Positions 1 through 9,179 of a DNA stretch of 64,000 nt are shown piece after piece. The stretch lies in NCBI GenBank assembly GCA_965112155.1, contig OZ218098.1; one strand, written 5' to 3'. Source of the stretch: Podarcis liolepis. Lineage: Eukaryota. The notes beneath the pieces are model-generated. The model was not told the DNA's origin. It was given only the letters and a program-made list of their open reading frames with translations, and searched no databases. Positions within the stretch are counted from its first letter, which is position 1, and each line of letters opens with the position of its first letter. The position numbers and the translations under genes were made by a program.

Positions 1-239
1 GTTGGGGGGCCCTCCAGCAGAACCCGCCTCTGCATGAGCGGTAAGAATTCCTTCCACAGCATCCCCCTTCTGGAGATCCAGGACACTTGCACGTGCTGAG
101 GAAAGCCGAGGCCAGCTCCCAAGTCAGATTGCCGCGCTCTGCAAGCAGCCCAGTGCACAATACTGTGCCCCACAATCCAGACCCGGATAGTGGGAAGACC
201 TAGGGTAAAACAACAGATGTGAGTACATGAAACCAGCAT
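1..239 (-). CDS. ORF4: SGNH/GDSL-family hydrolase (partial; continues past window start)
   Basis: Manual translation gives MLVSCTHICCFTLGLPTIRVWIVGHSIVHWAACRARQSDLGAGLGFPQHVQVSWISRRGMLWKEFLPLMQRRVLLEGPP... with no stop. VWIVGHS matches SGNH block I (G-D/H-S) and RRGM matches block II. The ATG at 239-237 overlaps the YR stop codon (TAATG). Confidence 0.85.
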   Translation of the reverse strand, partial: MLVSCTHICCFTLGLPTIRVWIVGHSIVHWAACRARQSDLGAGLGFPQHVQVSWISRRGMLWKEFLPLMQRRVLLEGPP

Positions 240-1212
240 TATTTCCGCACATAACCCCTGTATGCGCCCGACTTCCAACGACCCAGGTCTTTTATCCTTT
301 TAACCGACAAGCCCCAATGGGCAGCTGTCGTTGCTGCCCCAATCCTAAAGGAATGCGGAGCAAATTCAGAGGCGGCATGGCCACAGGCAGCCACGACCTT
401 GCGCAAGACCCCGGCAAACTGATGGCGCGCCAATGGCCGCCCATCCTCATGAATGAACAGTGGCCCATTTCCTGGAGGTCGTAAAGCCATATACCTCTGG
501 AGGTCCTTAACTGGGCAAGGGCCCCCCATCCCAGTTGCTGGGAGCCGAATAACTGCTCCCCTACCCAGTTGATCAGTTTTGGAACTCCTAACATGGACCT
601 GCAGTTCTGACTGAGACAGGCTCACGTCCTGTAGCAGCAAGCCTCTAGAACCACCATCCTGTTTAGGTTCAAACACCACTTCCCCAACTCTCAGGGCCCC
701 GAAAAAGGCTAGCGAATAGGCTGCGGAAAATAGCCGAGCCTCAAACTTAGACCAACAGATGCCCTTCAATTTACCTCGCATCTCGGTCAACAAGCCAAAC
801 GTTATAGGCCTCCTTGTAGCTGGTCTGGACGGGCAAAGACGCCCCCAACCCTCCAAAGCCTTGCGTACAACGAACTTCCCACAAGGATCAGTATTGAAAT
901 AAACCTTGCTAAAGAAGGAAATTGCGGCAGAATGCAACCTCAGAGTCCTGGCTGCCCGCCGCATCTGAAATAGATGCGCCAAATATTTGAGCACTTGTGC
1001 AGTAGAATGAGGTGTGTGCATTTTCCCTACCACTGACCGCCCTGTAAAATGCAAAAAATCGGTCCAAGCCTTCTTATAGGACCGCAATGTGGAGGGGGCA
1101 ACAGATGCAGCTACTCCCTGTAAAACTAAGTGCTGCCAAGGTTCCAGAGATGATCCGGGAAAAATTCCGGACGGTCTCGAGCCACTGGCGCCAGGGACCT
1201 GAACCGCTCCAT
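239..1212 (-). CDS. ORF3: tyrosine recombinase (YR)
   Basis: Catalytic motifs ALRVGE (R), SKTDQ (K), HSFRIGAA (HxxR), GRWKS (W) and AYRGY (Y). The frame stays open upstream of the track's TTG start (1087) through SVAPSTLRSY to a TGA near 1232. The start given here is the candidate splice acceptor. Confidence 0.93.
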
Positions 1213-3018
1213 CTGAAAACGGGACAGAGCATCAGCAATCTCGTTAGATACTCCAGGAACAAAACGAGCGGAAAATACAATATTAGAACGCAAGCAATGC
1301 AAAACAAAACCCCTCAACAGTGCTGATACCCTAGGTGAACGTGAAGACTGCTTAGCAAGCACGTTCACCACTGCCAGGTTATCTGTCCAAAAACATACAC
1401 GCCGGTCCCTGAATTGCTCGACCCACAAATGGACGGCCACTACAATGGGGAAAAACTCAAGAAAGGTTAAGTCCCGAGTTATGGCTTCCCCACGCCAAGC
1501 CAGAGGCCAGCGCTCAGCACACCACCTGCCATCCCAATACAAACCGAAGCCCAATGACCCTGCGGCATCAGAGTGCACCTGAAAATCATTACACAGGTTC
1601 AAGGTGTCCTGCCAAAGTGACACGCCATTGAATTCCTCCAGGAATTTCAACCAAATACGAAGATCAGCACGCACTTGGGCTGACAGGCGCACTCTATGCC
1701 TCGGGGACCTCAATCCAGACATAAGTCTGGCCAAACGGGAACAGAAAGGCCGCCCAGGAGCGATCACCCTGCACGCAAAATTCAGGTGGCCCAGCAACGA
1801 CTGCAGTTGTCGCAGAGTGACCTTTTTTAACGGGATGAGGTCAGAAATAACACCTCTCAGCGCAAGAATCTTATCCGCCGGCAAACTGGAAGTTTGCGCC
1901 ACCGTATCCAACAAAATACCCAGGTAAGTCAGCTGCGTAGAAGGACCTTCAGTCTTCTCTGCAGCTAACGGCACACCCAGTTCCTCAGTTAAGGCCGCGA
2001 AGGCCTGCAGCAATGCCACGCAGTCTCCCGTATCGCTAGCTGAGGCCAATAAATAATCATCAAGATAATGAGTGACCCCGCCCAGGCCGGTTCTTTTGCG
2101 CAGGGCCCAATCCAGGAAGGAACTAAAACACTCGAAGGCGGCACAGGCTACTGAGCAGCCCATGGGCATGGCCTTGTCAAAATAAAATTCCCCGTCAAAC
2201 TGAAAACCCAGCAGCCAGAAATCGTCTGGATGAATCGGAAGCAGCCGAAATGCAGACTCAATGTCGCATTTGGCCAGCAGGGCACCCTGCCCGAATTTCC
2301 TTATCATTTTGATCGCTTGATCAAGCGATGCATACTTCACAGAGCAAAGCTCCGGGGGAATAACATCATTTACTGATGTGCCCCTAGGGTGAGAAAGGTT
2401 GTGAATCAGGCGAAATTCCCCCGGAGCTTTTTTAGGAACTATACCTAAGGGCGAAATATGAAAGTTGGGAAATGGGGGCTCAGCAAAGGGGCCGGCCATA
2501 CGTCGTAAAGCCAGTTCTTTCCCAATTTTCCTACGCGCGACCTCCGGCATTTCCCTCACTGACTTCTGGTTTGAAGGGTTCCTAGCTACTGGAGTTGACG
2601 CCACTGGGATTCGAAAGCCCAGAGAAAATCCATCCCGCAAATAGGACGCTGCTTCCTGAAGAGGGTATAATTGTAACCACGACAACAACGGCTGCAACTT
2701 AACTGGGGTATAAGCTAAAGAGGAAAGAACACTATTTTCCTGCTCCAGAGACTGTAGCCTGGGGGGCGGCTTTTGGGGGCTGCTGAGAGCCCCCCCCTTT
2801 CCGAAAGGGCCGACGCACCCCCGCACAAGAAGATGCCGGGTGGTTCCCTGCACACTTCTCACAGCTGTGGGAAAATCTGCAGGACTGGCGCTGACAAGTA
2901 CCCCTATTAAAATCCCAACAAAAGTACTTGCGACCCACCTTAGCCGGCACAATCTTAGGCTTCTGCAGTTCAGGGACCTTATTATCGATGCGTGGAGCCA
3001 CATAAGTAGTCCAGACAT
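1126..3018 (-). CDS. ORF2: reverse transcriptase + RNase H (DIRS/Ngaro type)
   Basis: RT motifs SPLGIVPKK, FRLIHNLS, KCDIESAF, MPMGC, HYLDD and YLGI. RNase H motifs SDAAGSLGFG, LEFFP, TDNLAVV and NEIADALSR. Overlaps gag at its 5' end and the YR frame at its 3' end. Confidence 0.95.
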   Translation of the reverse strand: MSGLLMWLHASIIRSLNCRSLRLCRLRWVASTFVGILIGVLVSASPADFPTAVRSVQGTTRHLLVRGCVGPFGKGGALSSPQKPPPRLQSLEQENSVLSSLAYTPVKLQPLLSWLQLYPLQEAASYLRDGFSLGFRIPVASTPVARNPSNQKSVREMPEVARRKIGKELALRRMAGPFAEPPFPNFHISPLGIVPKKAPGEFRLIHNLSHPRGTSVNDVIPPELCSVKYASLDQAIKMIRKFGQGALLAKCDIESAFRLLPIHPDDFWLLGFQFDGEFYFDKAMPMGCSVACAAFECFSSFLDWALRKRTGLGGVTHYLDDYLLASASDTGDCVALLQAFAALTEELGVPLAAEKTEGPSTQLTYLGILLDTVAQTSSLPADKILALRGVISDLIPLKKVTLRQLQSLLGHLNFACRVIAPGRPFCSRLARLMSGLRSPRHRVRLSAQVRADLRIWLKFLEEFNGVSLWQDTLNLCNDFQVHSDAAGSLGFGLYWDGRWCAERWPLAWRGEAITRDLTFLEFFPIVVAVHLWVEQFRDRRVCFWTDNLAVVNVLAKQSSRSPRVSALLRGFVLHCLRSNIVFSARFVPGVSNEIADALSRFQMERFRSLAPVARDRPEFFPDHLWNLGST

Positions 3019-4363
3019 CTAAATCCTTACGATCCCAGCGGGCAGTAGGGATCTTGGCAGCCCTGCGCCTGAAATTCTCATCATAAGAGATTGCAGCAGA
3101 TGCTCCCGCCATCGTAAACGCTGAACGGACTATGGACAAATAAACCCATAGGTGCATGGATCTCCGTGGGTAAGCCGCTGCCACCACGCCAGCGAACACC
3201 TGGAAACTATCCAACCATCGTTCAAAGGTCCTTTCAGCCTTTGGCAAGACCACCCTCTTTTTCGTGGCTGCCACACCCTTAACCTGCGAGTCCTGGCACT
3301 CCTGGGGGGGTGCCAAACTAAATATGTCAATGTAACGACCGTCCAGAATCCTGGACCGCAGTTTTGTATGCAAGTGGGCACCGGGAATAATGTCCCTAGC
3401 CGAATTGGTAGAAACCTTCACGTCAGGCATGAGGACCCCATCCAGGCAGTCCTGCACCGCCCCATACCTAGCCCTGTGAGAGTTTGCCCTCCGCTCCCAA
3501 GCCCATTTAGGGAGTCCAGAGGTCTCCGCAAAGCCCCAGTATAGCTTAAGTGAGGCTTCCTCGTCGCTACTGGATGTTTGGGACGAAGTACCTGTGGAAG
3601 AAGACGAAGTGTCCCTCCGTCTTCTCTTGGCGCGCCTCCTGGACTTCTTTTTCCGGCGGCGGAGCCCACCCGAAGACGACTTTGGAGGTGGTGGAAGGCT
3701 GTCCTCCACAGAGGACTCGGATGCGTCACCCTGCATCGCGACACCTGAAACTGACTGAGGCAGAGGATGAAGTGTCCCTCCGACTCCGCTTGGCCCACCT
3801 CTTGATGCTCTACTTCTCTGCTGACCTGTACCAGGAAGAGACTGAAAAGACAGAATTTGTGAATGACCAGGAACCAAACGGACAGGCGCAGAAGGCGGGA
3901 CGCCTGGCGCCTGCACTGCTCTGATCCTAGCTGACGCCCTTCTATTAGCCGTACCCCTAGCACTCCCCCGACCCCTTCGAGCAGGCACCGGCACTGCTGG
4001 TAGGTCCGGGGCCTGGGCCAAGGCGCCAGGAGAGGAATCACCGGCTGCTACAATCCCTCCCTCGTCTTCACTAGAAGAGGACACAGAAGAGGCAATGCCA
4101 GCAGGAGGAGCCGGCCCTGCGGTAGAAGTTGATGGAGTAGAACAACGATGTAACAGGCCATCCATTTCAGCCTCCAATCGGGCCAGTGCAGGAGGGTCAC
4201 CAGCCAGACCAGTGACCATGGCCTGGATGCGGCTCATCGACTGGTCTGGCCGAGGTGACCGCAGAGCCTGGGACGGACCCTTTATAGGCCTTTTTGTTTT
4301 CATAGGCTGTTTTGTTGAGGGCTCCGGCCCAGGCCTCCTTGCCGCCCTCCTCTTTGGAGCCAT
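2732..4363 (-). CDS. ORF1: gag-like nucleic-acid-binding protein
   Basis: First ATG at 4363. Low-complexity N-terminus, a basic NLS-like run (RRRKKKSRRRAKRRRR), and C-terminal CWDFNRGTCQRQSCRFSHSCEKCAGNHPASSC (a CCCH finger followed by a CCHC knuckle). Confidence 0.88.
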   Translation of the reverse strand: MAPKRRAARRPGPEPSTKQPMKTKRPIKGPSQALRSPRPDQSMSRIQAMVTGLAGDPPALARLEAEMDGLLHRCSTPSTSTAGPAPPAGIASSVSSSSEDEGGIVAAGDSSPGALAQAPDLPAVPVPARRGRGSARGTANRRASARIRAVQAPGVPPSAPVRLVPGHSQILSFQSLPGTGQQRSRASRGGPSGVGGTLHPLPQSVSGVAMQGDASESSVEDSLPPPPKSSSGGLRRRKKKSRRRAKRRRRDTSSSSTGTSSQTSSSDEEASLKLYWGFAETSGLPKWAWERRANSHRARYGAVQDCLDGVLMPDVKVSTNSARDIIPGAHLHTKLRSRILDGRYIDIFSLAPPQECQDSQVKGVAATKKRVVLPKAERTFERWLDSFQVFAGVVAAAYPRRSMHLWVYLSIVRSAFTMAGASAAISYDENFRRRAAKIPTARWDRKDLDVWTTYVAPRIDNKVPELQKPKIVPAKVGRKYFCWDFNRGTCQRQSCRFSHSCEKCAGNHPASSCAGVRRPFRKGGGSQQPPKAAPQATVSGAGK

Positions 4364-4472
4364 ACCTGCTGCCAACGGGACACAAATTCACTGTAAATGC
4401 GAGTAATCTAGCAATTAAATCACTCAGACCCAAAAATTTAAACCGCAAAGTAACCAATTACTTCCAGGCAGG

Positions 4473-4620
4473 TGCAATTCTACCGCTCGCCAGCAGGTGG
4501 CGCACCGGCAGCCTAAGCCAATTATAGGCTGCACTTGCTATCAATGGCCACTAGAGGCCAGCACACCAGTGCAGAAAGGCCAAAGAAAATGGCGCTCCCG
4601 CCAAAACGCCAAAATGGCGA
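4473..4620 (+). promoter_or_regulatory. Two CTCF-like and two YY1-like motifs in the element leader
   Basis: GCCAGCAGGTGGCGC (4489-4503) preceded by TGCAATTC; GCCACTAGAGGCCAGC (4547-4562) preceded by TGCACTTG; AAAATGGCG at 4586-4594 and 4611-4619. Confidence 0.5.
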
Positions 4621-4789
4621 CCCTCCCCGCCCCCGGTCAATAGGCCACCTACAAAGGCCTAAATTAGGCCGATTGCGAGCCAAGAAGGCCGAAACCGGGC
4701 AGCGGCGCCCGCGCAGCCCCACCAGCACGAAGCGGCCCGGTAGGCGCGCGCCAACACCGCCACCCTCGTGAGCGTGGGGGGGGGGAACG

Positions 4790-5440
4790 CGGAGGCCCTT
4801 CTGTGGGCCGGGAGGCCGCTCCGCGGCCTGTCGCCGGCCCCCCTGCCACCCCGCAATAACCCGGGGGGGGGAACACCACCCGGCCTCTCGCAAGGCCTCA
4901 GGCACCTAAAGGCCTAGCGGGCCTAGCCCGAGAGCGCGAGGCGCGAATCGGCCGCTCCCGAGGCGCCCGCGCGGCGCCTCCACCTACTCGGCCCTGCTAG
5001 GCCGCACCAGAAGCGTCGGAGCGCGCGCTAAAGGAGGCCGGCTCCTCTGGGCCTAGCGGGCCCAGCCGCCGAGAGCGCGAGGCGCGAATCGGCCACTCGC
5101 CGATGCGCCCGCGCGGCGCCTCCGCCTGCTCGGCCCAACTAGGCCACGGCAGGGAAAAAACGTGGAGGCCCTTCTGAGGGCGGGGAGGCCGCTCCGCGGC
5201 CTGTCGCCGGCTACCCTGCCGCCCCACAATACCCAGTGGGGGGGGGAGGAGCACCAGCCGGCCTCTCGCAGGCCACGGGCGCCCAGAGGCCCGGCGGGCC
5301 CAGTCGCCGAGAGCGCGAGGCGCGAATCGGCCGCTCGCCGATGCGCCCGCGCGGCGCCTCTGCCCACTCGGACCGAGTAGGCCACAGCAGGCGCGTCGGA
5401 GCGCGCGAGAAAGGAGGCCGCCGCCGACCCGGTAAGTGCC
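4790..5440. repeat. GC/CpG-rich nested tandem repeats in the retrotransposon leader
   Basis: A GAGAGCGCGAGGCGCGAATCGGCC...GCGCCCGCGCGGCGCCTC unit occurs at ~4930, ~5070 and ~5310. A GGAGGCCCTTCTG...GGAGGCCGCTCCGCGGCCTGTCGCCGGC unit occurs at ~4791 and ~5164 (period ~373 bp). Confidence 0.85.
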
Positions 5441-5889
5441 CGCTCCAAAATGGGGAAGGGAAGGAGGGAGGAAGGGACAAATACTAAGCCTAAGGTATTA
5501 AATGCGGTCCCCCGGCCCTGCGATCCCCCCGGGCCTGTTGGTTAAGGCTGAGAGTGCCAGCCGGCAATGGCCGGGGCCCACCAGACCGATCCCCCTTGCC
5601 GGCTTCAGCCGCGTGCCGGACCGTAAGCCCTGGGTCTGGTGCCCAACCCAGCCACCCCAGCGGCCCACAGGGCCCAACGCCCCGGGGGAGCTGCGTCAGG
5701 GGTCCAACTAAAATTAAAACCAAGAAAACTCAGAAAGAAGAGAAAATTAAAAGAGGGGGGGGGGAAGAATGGCAAAGAAATAGGTAAAATAAATAAAATT
5801 AAAAGGAGAGGAGATTAGGAATAGAAACGAGTTGTATACAACCAGTCCTTCGCTATGGCTCGATCCGATGCTGATCCGATGCCCACAGC

Positions 5890-5992
5890 AAAAGAGAAAG
5901 CAACACTCTGTGGGCCTTGCTTAAATATCCTCTGATCTCCACCCCCCAATTGGCAACATTCAATTTTCCCCAGCAACACCAACACCAATCTT
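5890..5992 (-). promoter_or_regulatory. Putative Pol II promoter of the retrotransposon
   Basis: Minus-strand TATTTAAG (~5920-5927), a pyrimidine-rich initiator-like CTTTCTCTTTT about 25 nt downstream, and CCAAT boxes at ~5946 and ~5985. Confidence 0.5.
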
Positions 5993-7187
5993 GACCAGTT
6001 CCTTTCCCAAGATTCTACCTGGCAACTAAAGGGTGCTTTGCCTGGCCCCAGCCGCAACACGTGCTCTCCTTTAGTGAGAACACGCTCTGTCTTCTTAAAG
6101 CTACATACGGTTCAATAGAAGAGATAAATGTTTGGCTAGCTAACACCCAGTTCATAAACACAATTACGTGGAAGGAAGCTCAATTGATTTCATTGAGCTT
6201 AGATCAGAATTCTGCTCTAGTGTATTTAATCAGGAAATCAAGTATTTAGGGCTTTTGCAATGATTGAAAATCAGTTGAGTTTCCAGGAACCTGCATTTGT
6301 GATATGAAGATTTAGCAGCATTAAAAAGAATAATAGTCTGGGTCATCTTTTTGTCAGCCATGGTGTAAAAAATAACCATTTTTTTAAAAAATAATGAGGA
6401 TAGAAATTGACTTTTAAACTATATTAATTTTGCAGGAATATTTAGAAAGGATTTACAAATACAACAAGAAATGAAAAGTTAGCATTTCCTCCACTTTGAT
6501 TGCATGTTTTTAAAAAATGAATAGAAAGGACAGAATCTCTTTTTAGATTGGGAAAAAGAGCAATTGTTTCAAAATATTTGGACCCTAGATTTAAATGTGC
6601 TTAATTCTGAGCTCAGCAGTGTGACAGCATTTTTATTCAACTATTTCAATACTAAAAAAAGAATAAGGCAAACATTAACCCTACCTCCCAAACATTACAC
6701 GAGTACCACTACTCTTTTAGTGTGGGAAGTAGAAAAGTACAGAATCATACAGATTAAAATTGGATAAAGTATTAGTAATTGATCATAAAATATTAAAGAC
6801 ACTTAAAAGTGTCAAGTGGAAAAACAAAAGTGAAAACGAAAACCCATACCCCACTCCAAGCTTAAATAGTGTACATGTGAAATACAAAAGTTGTTAAGAA
6901 AATTATTATTGACAAAGATAGAGTGGCTTAAAACAGACGTCACTTGGCAACTTCGGTAAAGATATTAAAATTTCAGGAAGCCACCTACTACTTCCTGTGT
7001 TTCAATAATAGTTCTTAGTAGCGTCCATGTCTATGAACATGGTTTAGAAAACGGCAAAACATGTAGCTCAGGAGTGATGAACCTGTTGCCTTCTAAAAGT
7101 TGGCTTGTAACTCCCATCATCTCTGAACGTTGGCAATGCAGGCTGATGGGAGTCAGAAATTTTTGAGCTATTTTTATAGCAACCGAA

Positions 7188-7302
7188 ATGGGTTGCCGTA
7201 TGTCTGGATTTCCCTGGGCGTTTCAGCATTTTCTGCCTGGACACTGCTTCCGACTGCTGTATTCTGGCTATGTCCAGGAAATTCTGGACATATGGCAACC
7301 CT
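7188..7302. mobile_element. Short MITE with (TA)GGGTTGCC terminal inverted repeats (hAT-like)
   Basis: GGGTTGCCGTATGTC...GACATATGGCAACCCTA. Relatives at ~24870-25121, ~26562-26785 and ~41566-41680. Confidence 0.6.
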
Positions 7303-7827
7303 ACCCTAGGGTCTCTGGCGGTGGTGTAGATGAGCAAAACTTGGTATCTAGAACAAGTGACACTGTTTTATTCACTACTGGAGAACATAAAAGCTCTTTT
7401 GGAGACTGTGAAGAATTAAAGAGACACATTGCACAGAAGGCCGCTGTTTGAAACCCATGTAGGCATGTACAATTAGTCGCGTGGTGCTTGGGATCCCGGC
7501 CAGCGAGCCCAATAAATTGCTTACATTCATCGCCATCATAATGTCAGCCTGAAGGATTGTTTGTGTAGGTGTCGTCCTCCTCAGTGCAATGAAAGTCATT
7601 TTTAACGCCAGTTTGAGTAGGTTTGCTTCAGTGATGGTTGTTGCATGTGGCAGGAAGCTGCAAAACAAACAACAACAACCCTATACTATATGGGGGGGAA
7701 ATCATGCTATTTCCTATATACATTGACAACTTCTGGATCTATGCATCAACCAAATTACCGGTACGCTTGAGGCCATGTTAAATAGCCAGGAGCATGGAGT
7801 CATAACTGTGGTGACAATGAGCTGCTA

Positions 7828-8197
7828 TGGACATGGGTATCACTGTGGTCTAAACCTCTGAGCCTCTTGGGCTTGCCAATCAGAAGGTCGGTGGTTCAAA
7901 TCCCCGTGATGGGGTGAGCTCCCATTGCTCTGTCCTAGCTAGCAGCTGAAAAGCACACCAGTGCAAGTAGATAAATAGGTACCACTGCGGCGGGAAGGTA
8001 AATGGTGTTTCTGTGCGCTCTGGCTTCCATGAAGGTGTTGCGCCAGAAGCAGTTTAGTCATGCTGGCCACATGACCCGCAAAGCTGTCTGTGGACAAACG
8101 CCGGCTCCTTCAGCCTGAAAAGCGAGATGAACATTGCAACACCATAGTTGCCTTTGACTGGATCTAACCGTAAAAGGGTCCTTTACCTTTACCTTTT
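7828..8197 (+). mobile_element. Sauria SINE
   Basis: tRNA-derived head (GGTTCAAATCC B-box), GCAAGTAGATAAATAGGTACC core and TTTACC tail. Confidence 0.88.
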
Positions 8198-8495
8198 ATG
8201 TAGCTTTTGAAATGGTAGCAAGAAACCAGGAAGAGTCTGTTCCATTGACACTGAACATTAATCTATAGGTCAGTAAGAACAGAAGAATAGCTTTGCTGGA
8301 TCAGATCAAAGGTCCACCTAACCTAGACGTGTTCTCACACTAGCTAACTAGATACCTACAGGAAGCTCTTAAGCAAGACAGAAGCCTAATAGTTCCCTTC
8401 AGCAGTAAATTCCTTGAATCCAGCCTTTTCTTTACATCAGGTATGGGGAACATTTGGCCCCACAGATGATTACTGAACTAAAACTCCCATAATCT

Positions 8496-8790
8496 CTGGT
8501 CTGAAGGAGTGTCTCCACCCCCATCGTTCAGCCCAGACACTGAGATCCAGCTCTGAGGGCCTTCTGGTGGTTCCCTCATTGTGAGAGGTGAACTTACAGG
8601 AAACCAGGCAAAGAGCCTTTTTGGTAGTGGTGCCTACCCTGTGGAACACCCTCCCAGCAGATGTCAAACAGCTATGTGATTTTTAAAAGACATGTGAAGG
8701 CAGTCTTGTTCAGGGAAGTTTTTAGTGTGTGATATTGTGCCTCCCCCCATTTTTTGTTGGGAGCCATCCAGAGTGGCTGAGGCAACCAGG
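8496..8790 (+). mobile_element. L2 LINE 3' fragment
   Basis: Encodes a degenerate L2 ORF2 C-terminus (PTLWNTLP) plus the 3' UTR. Matches the copies at 35164 and 44995. Confidence 0.7.
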
Positions 8791-9179
8791 CTAGATGGGC
8801 AGAGTTATAGCAAAAAGTCACTTTTTTGCAGGGGTCAGCAGGAGGGGGTAACAGATTTGTTGCACAAGAGCTCCAGATCAACTTCTGATGCACAACCTGA
8901 ATGATACAATGACTGGGACACGGCTTCTGTGTCTCTTGTAATGTAAAGGAACATTCATACATGATACACCCCCCCACCTATCACCTGAGGTGGTTCAGTC
9001 CATTATACCAGCTCAGGGTTCTAATATCTCATTTTGCTGCATGTATAAACCAGGCTTAATATGCAAGCTGAATTCTTCTCTCAAATGCCTATGTACGGAT
9101 CTATTCACATAACTCTCCCAGCCCAGGCAGAAGACTCCAGTGTCTGAAAACCAATGAAAATAACGAGTTCAAAACACTT

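Larger units (their letters stand above)
1..6095 (-). mobile_element. Tyrosine-recombinase retrotransposon (DIRS order, Ngaro-like); 3' end lies outside the window
   Basis: The minus strand carries gag, RT/RNase H, YR and SGNH hydrolase ORFs in that order, with no stops or frameshifts. No Dam-methyltransferase domain follows RNase H. The leader is CpG-rich. The 5' boundary is approximate and set where the sequence turns AT-rich near 6100. Confidence 0.92.

Noticed and set aside
1126-1400. DIRS1-type Dam methyltransferase domain after RNase H
   Set aside because: ORF2 ends about 30 aa after ADALSR, with no DLFA or xPP motifs.
239-3018. Prokaryotic reading of RT plus tyrosine recombinase (retron, DGR, phage integrase, contamination)
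   Set aside because: The gag zinc fingers, RNase H, ORF order and continuity with lizard intronic and repeat sequence all indicate a eukaryotic DIRS-order retrotransposon.
4790-5440. Possible CRISPR-like repeat array
   Set aside because: The repeats are long, degenerate and nested, without unique equal-length spacers. The context is eukaryotic and no cas genes are present.
4522-5787. Many Arg/Gly/Pro/Ala-rich ORFs in the leader
   Set aside because: These are by-products of very high GC content and tandem repeats, with no recognisable domain.
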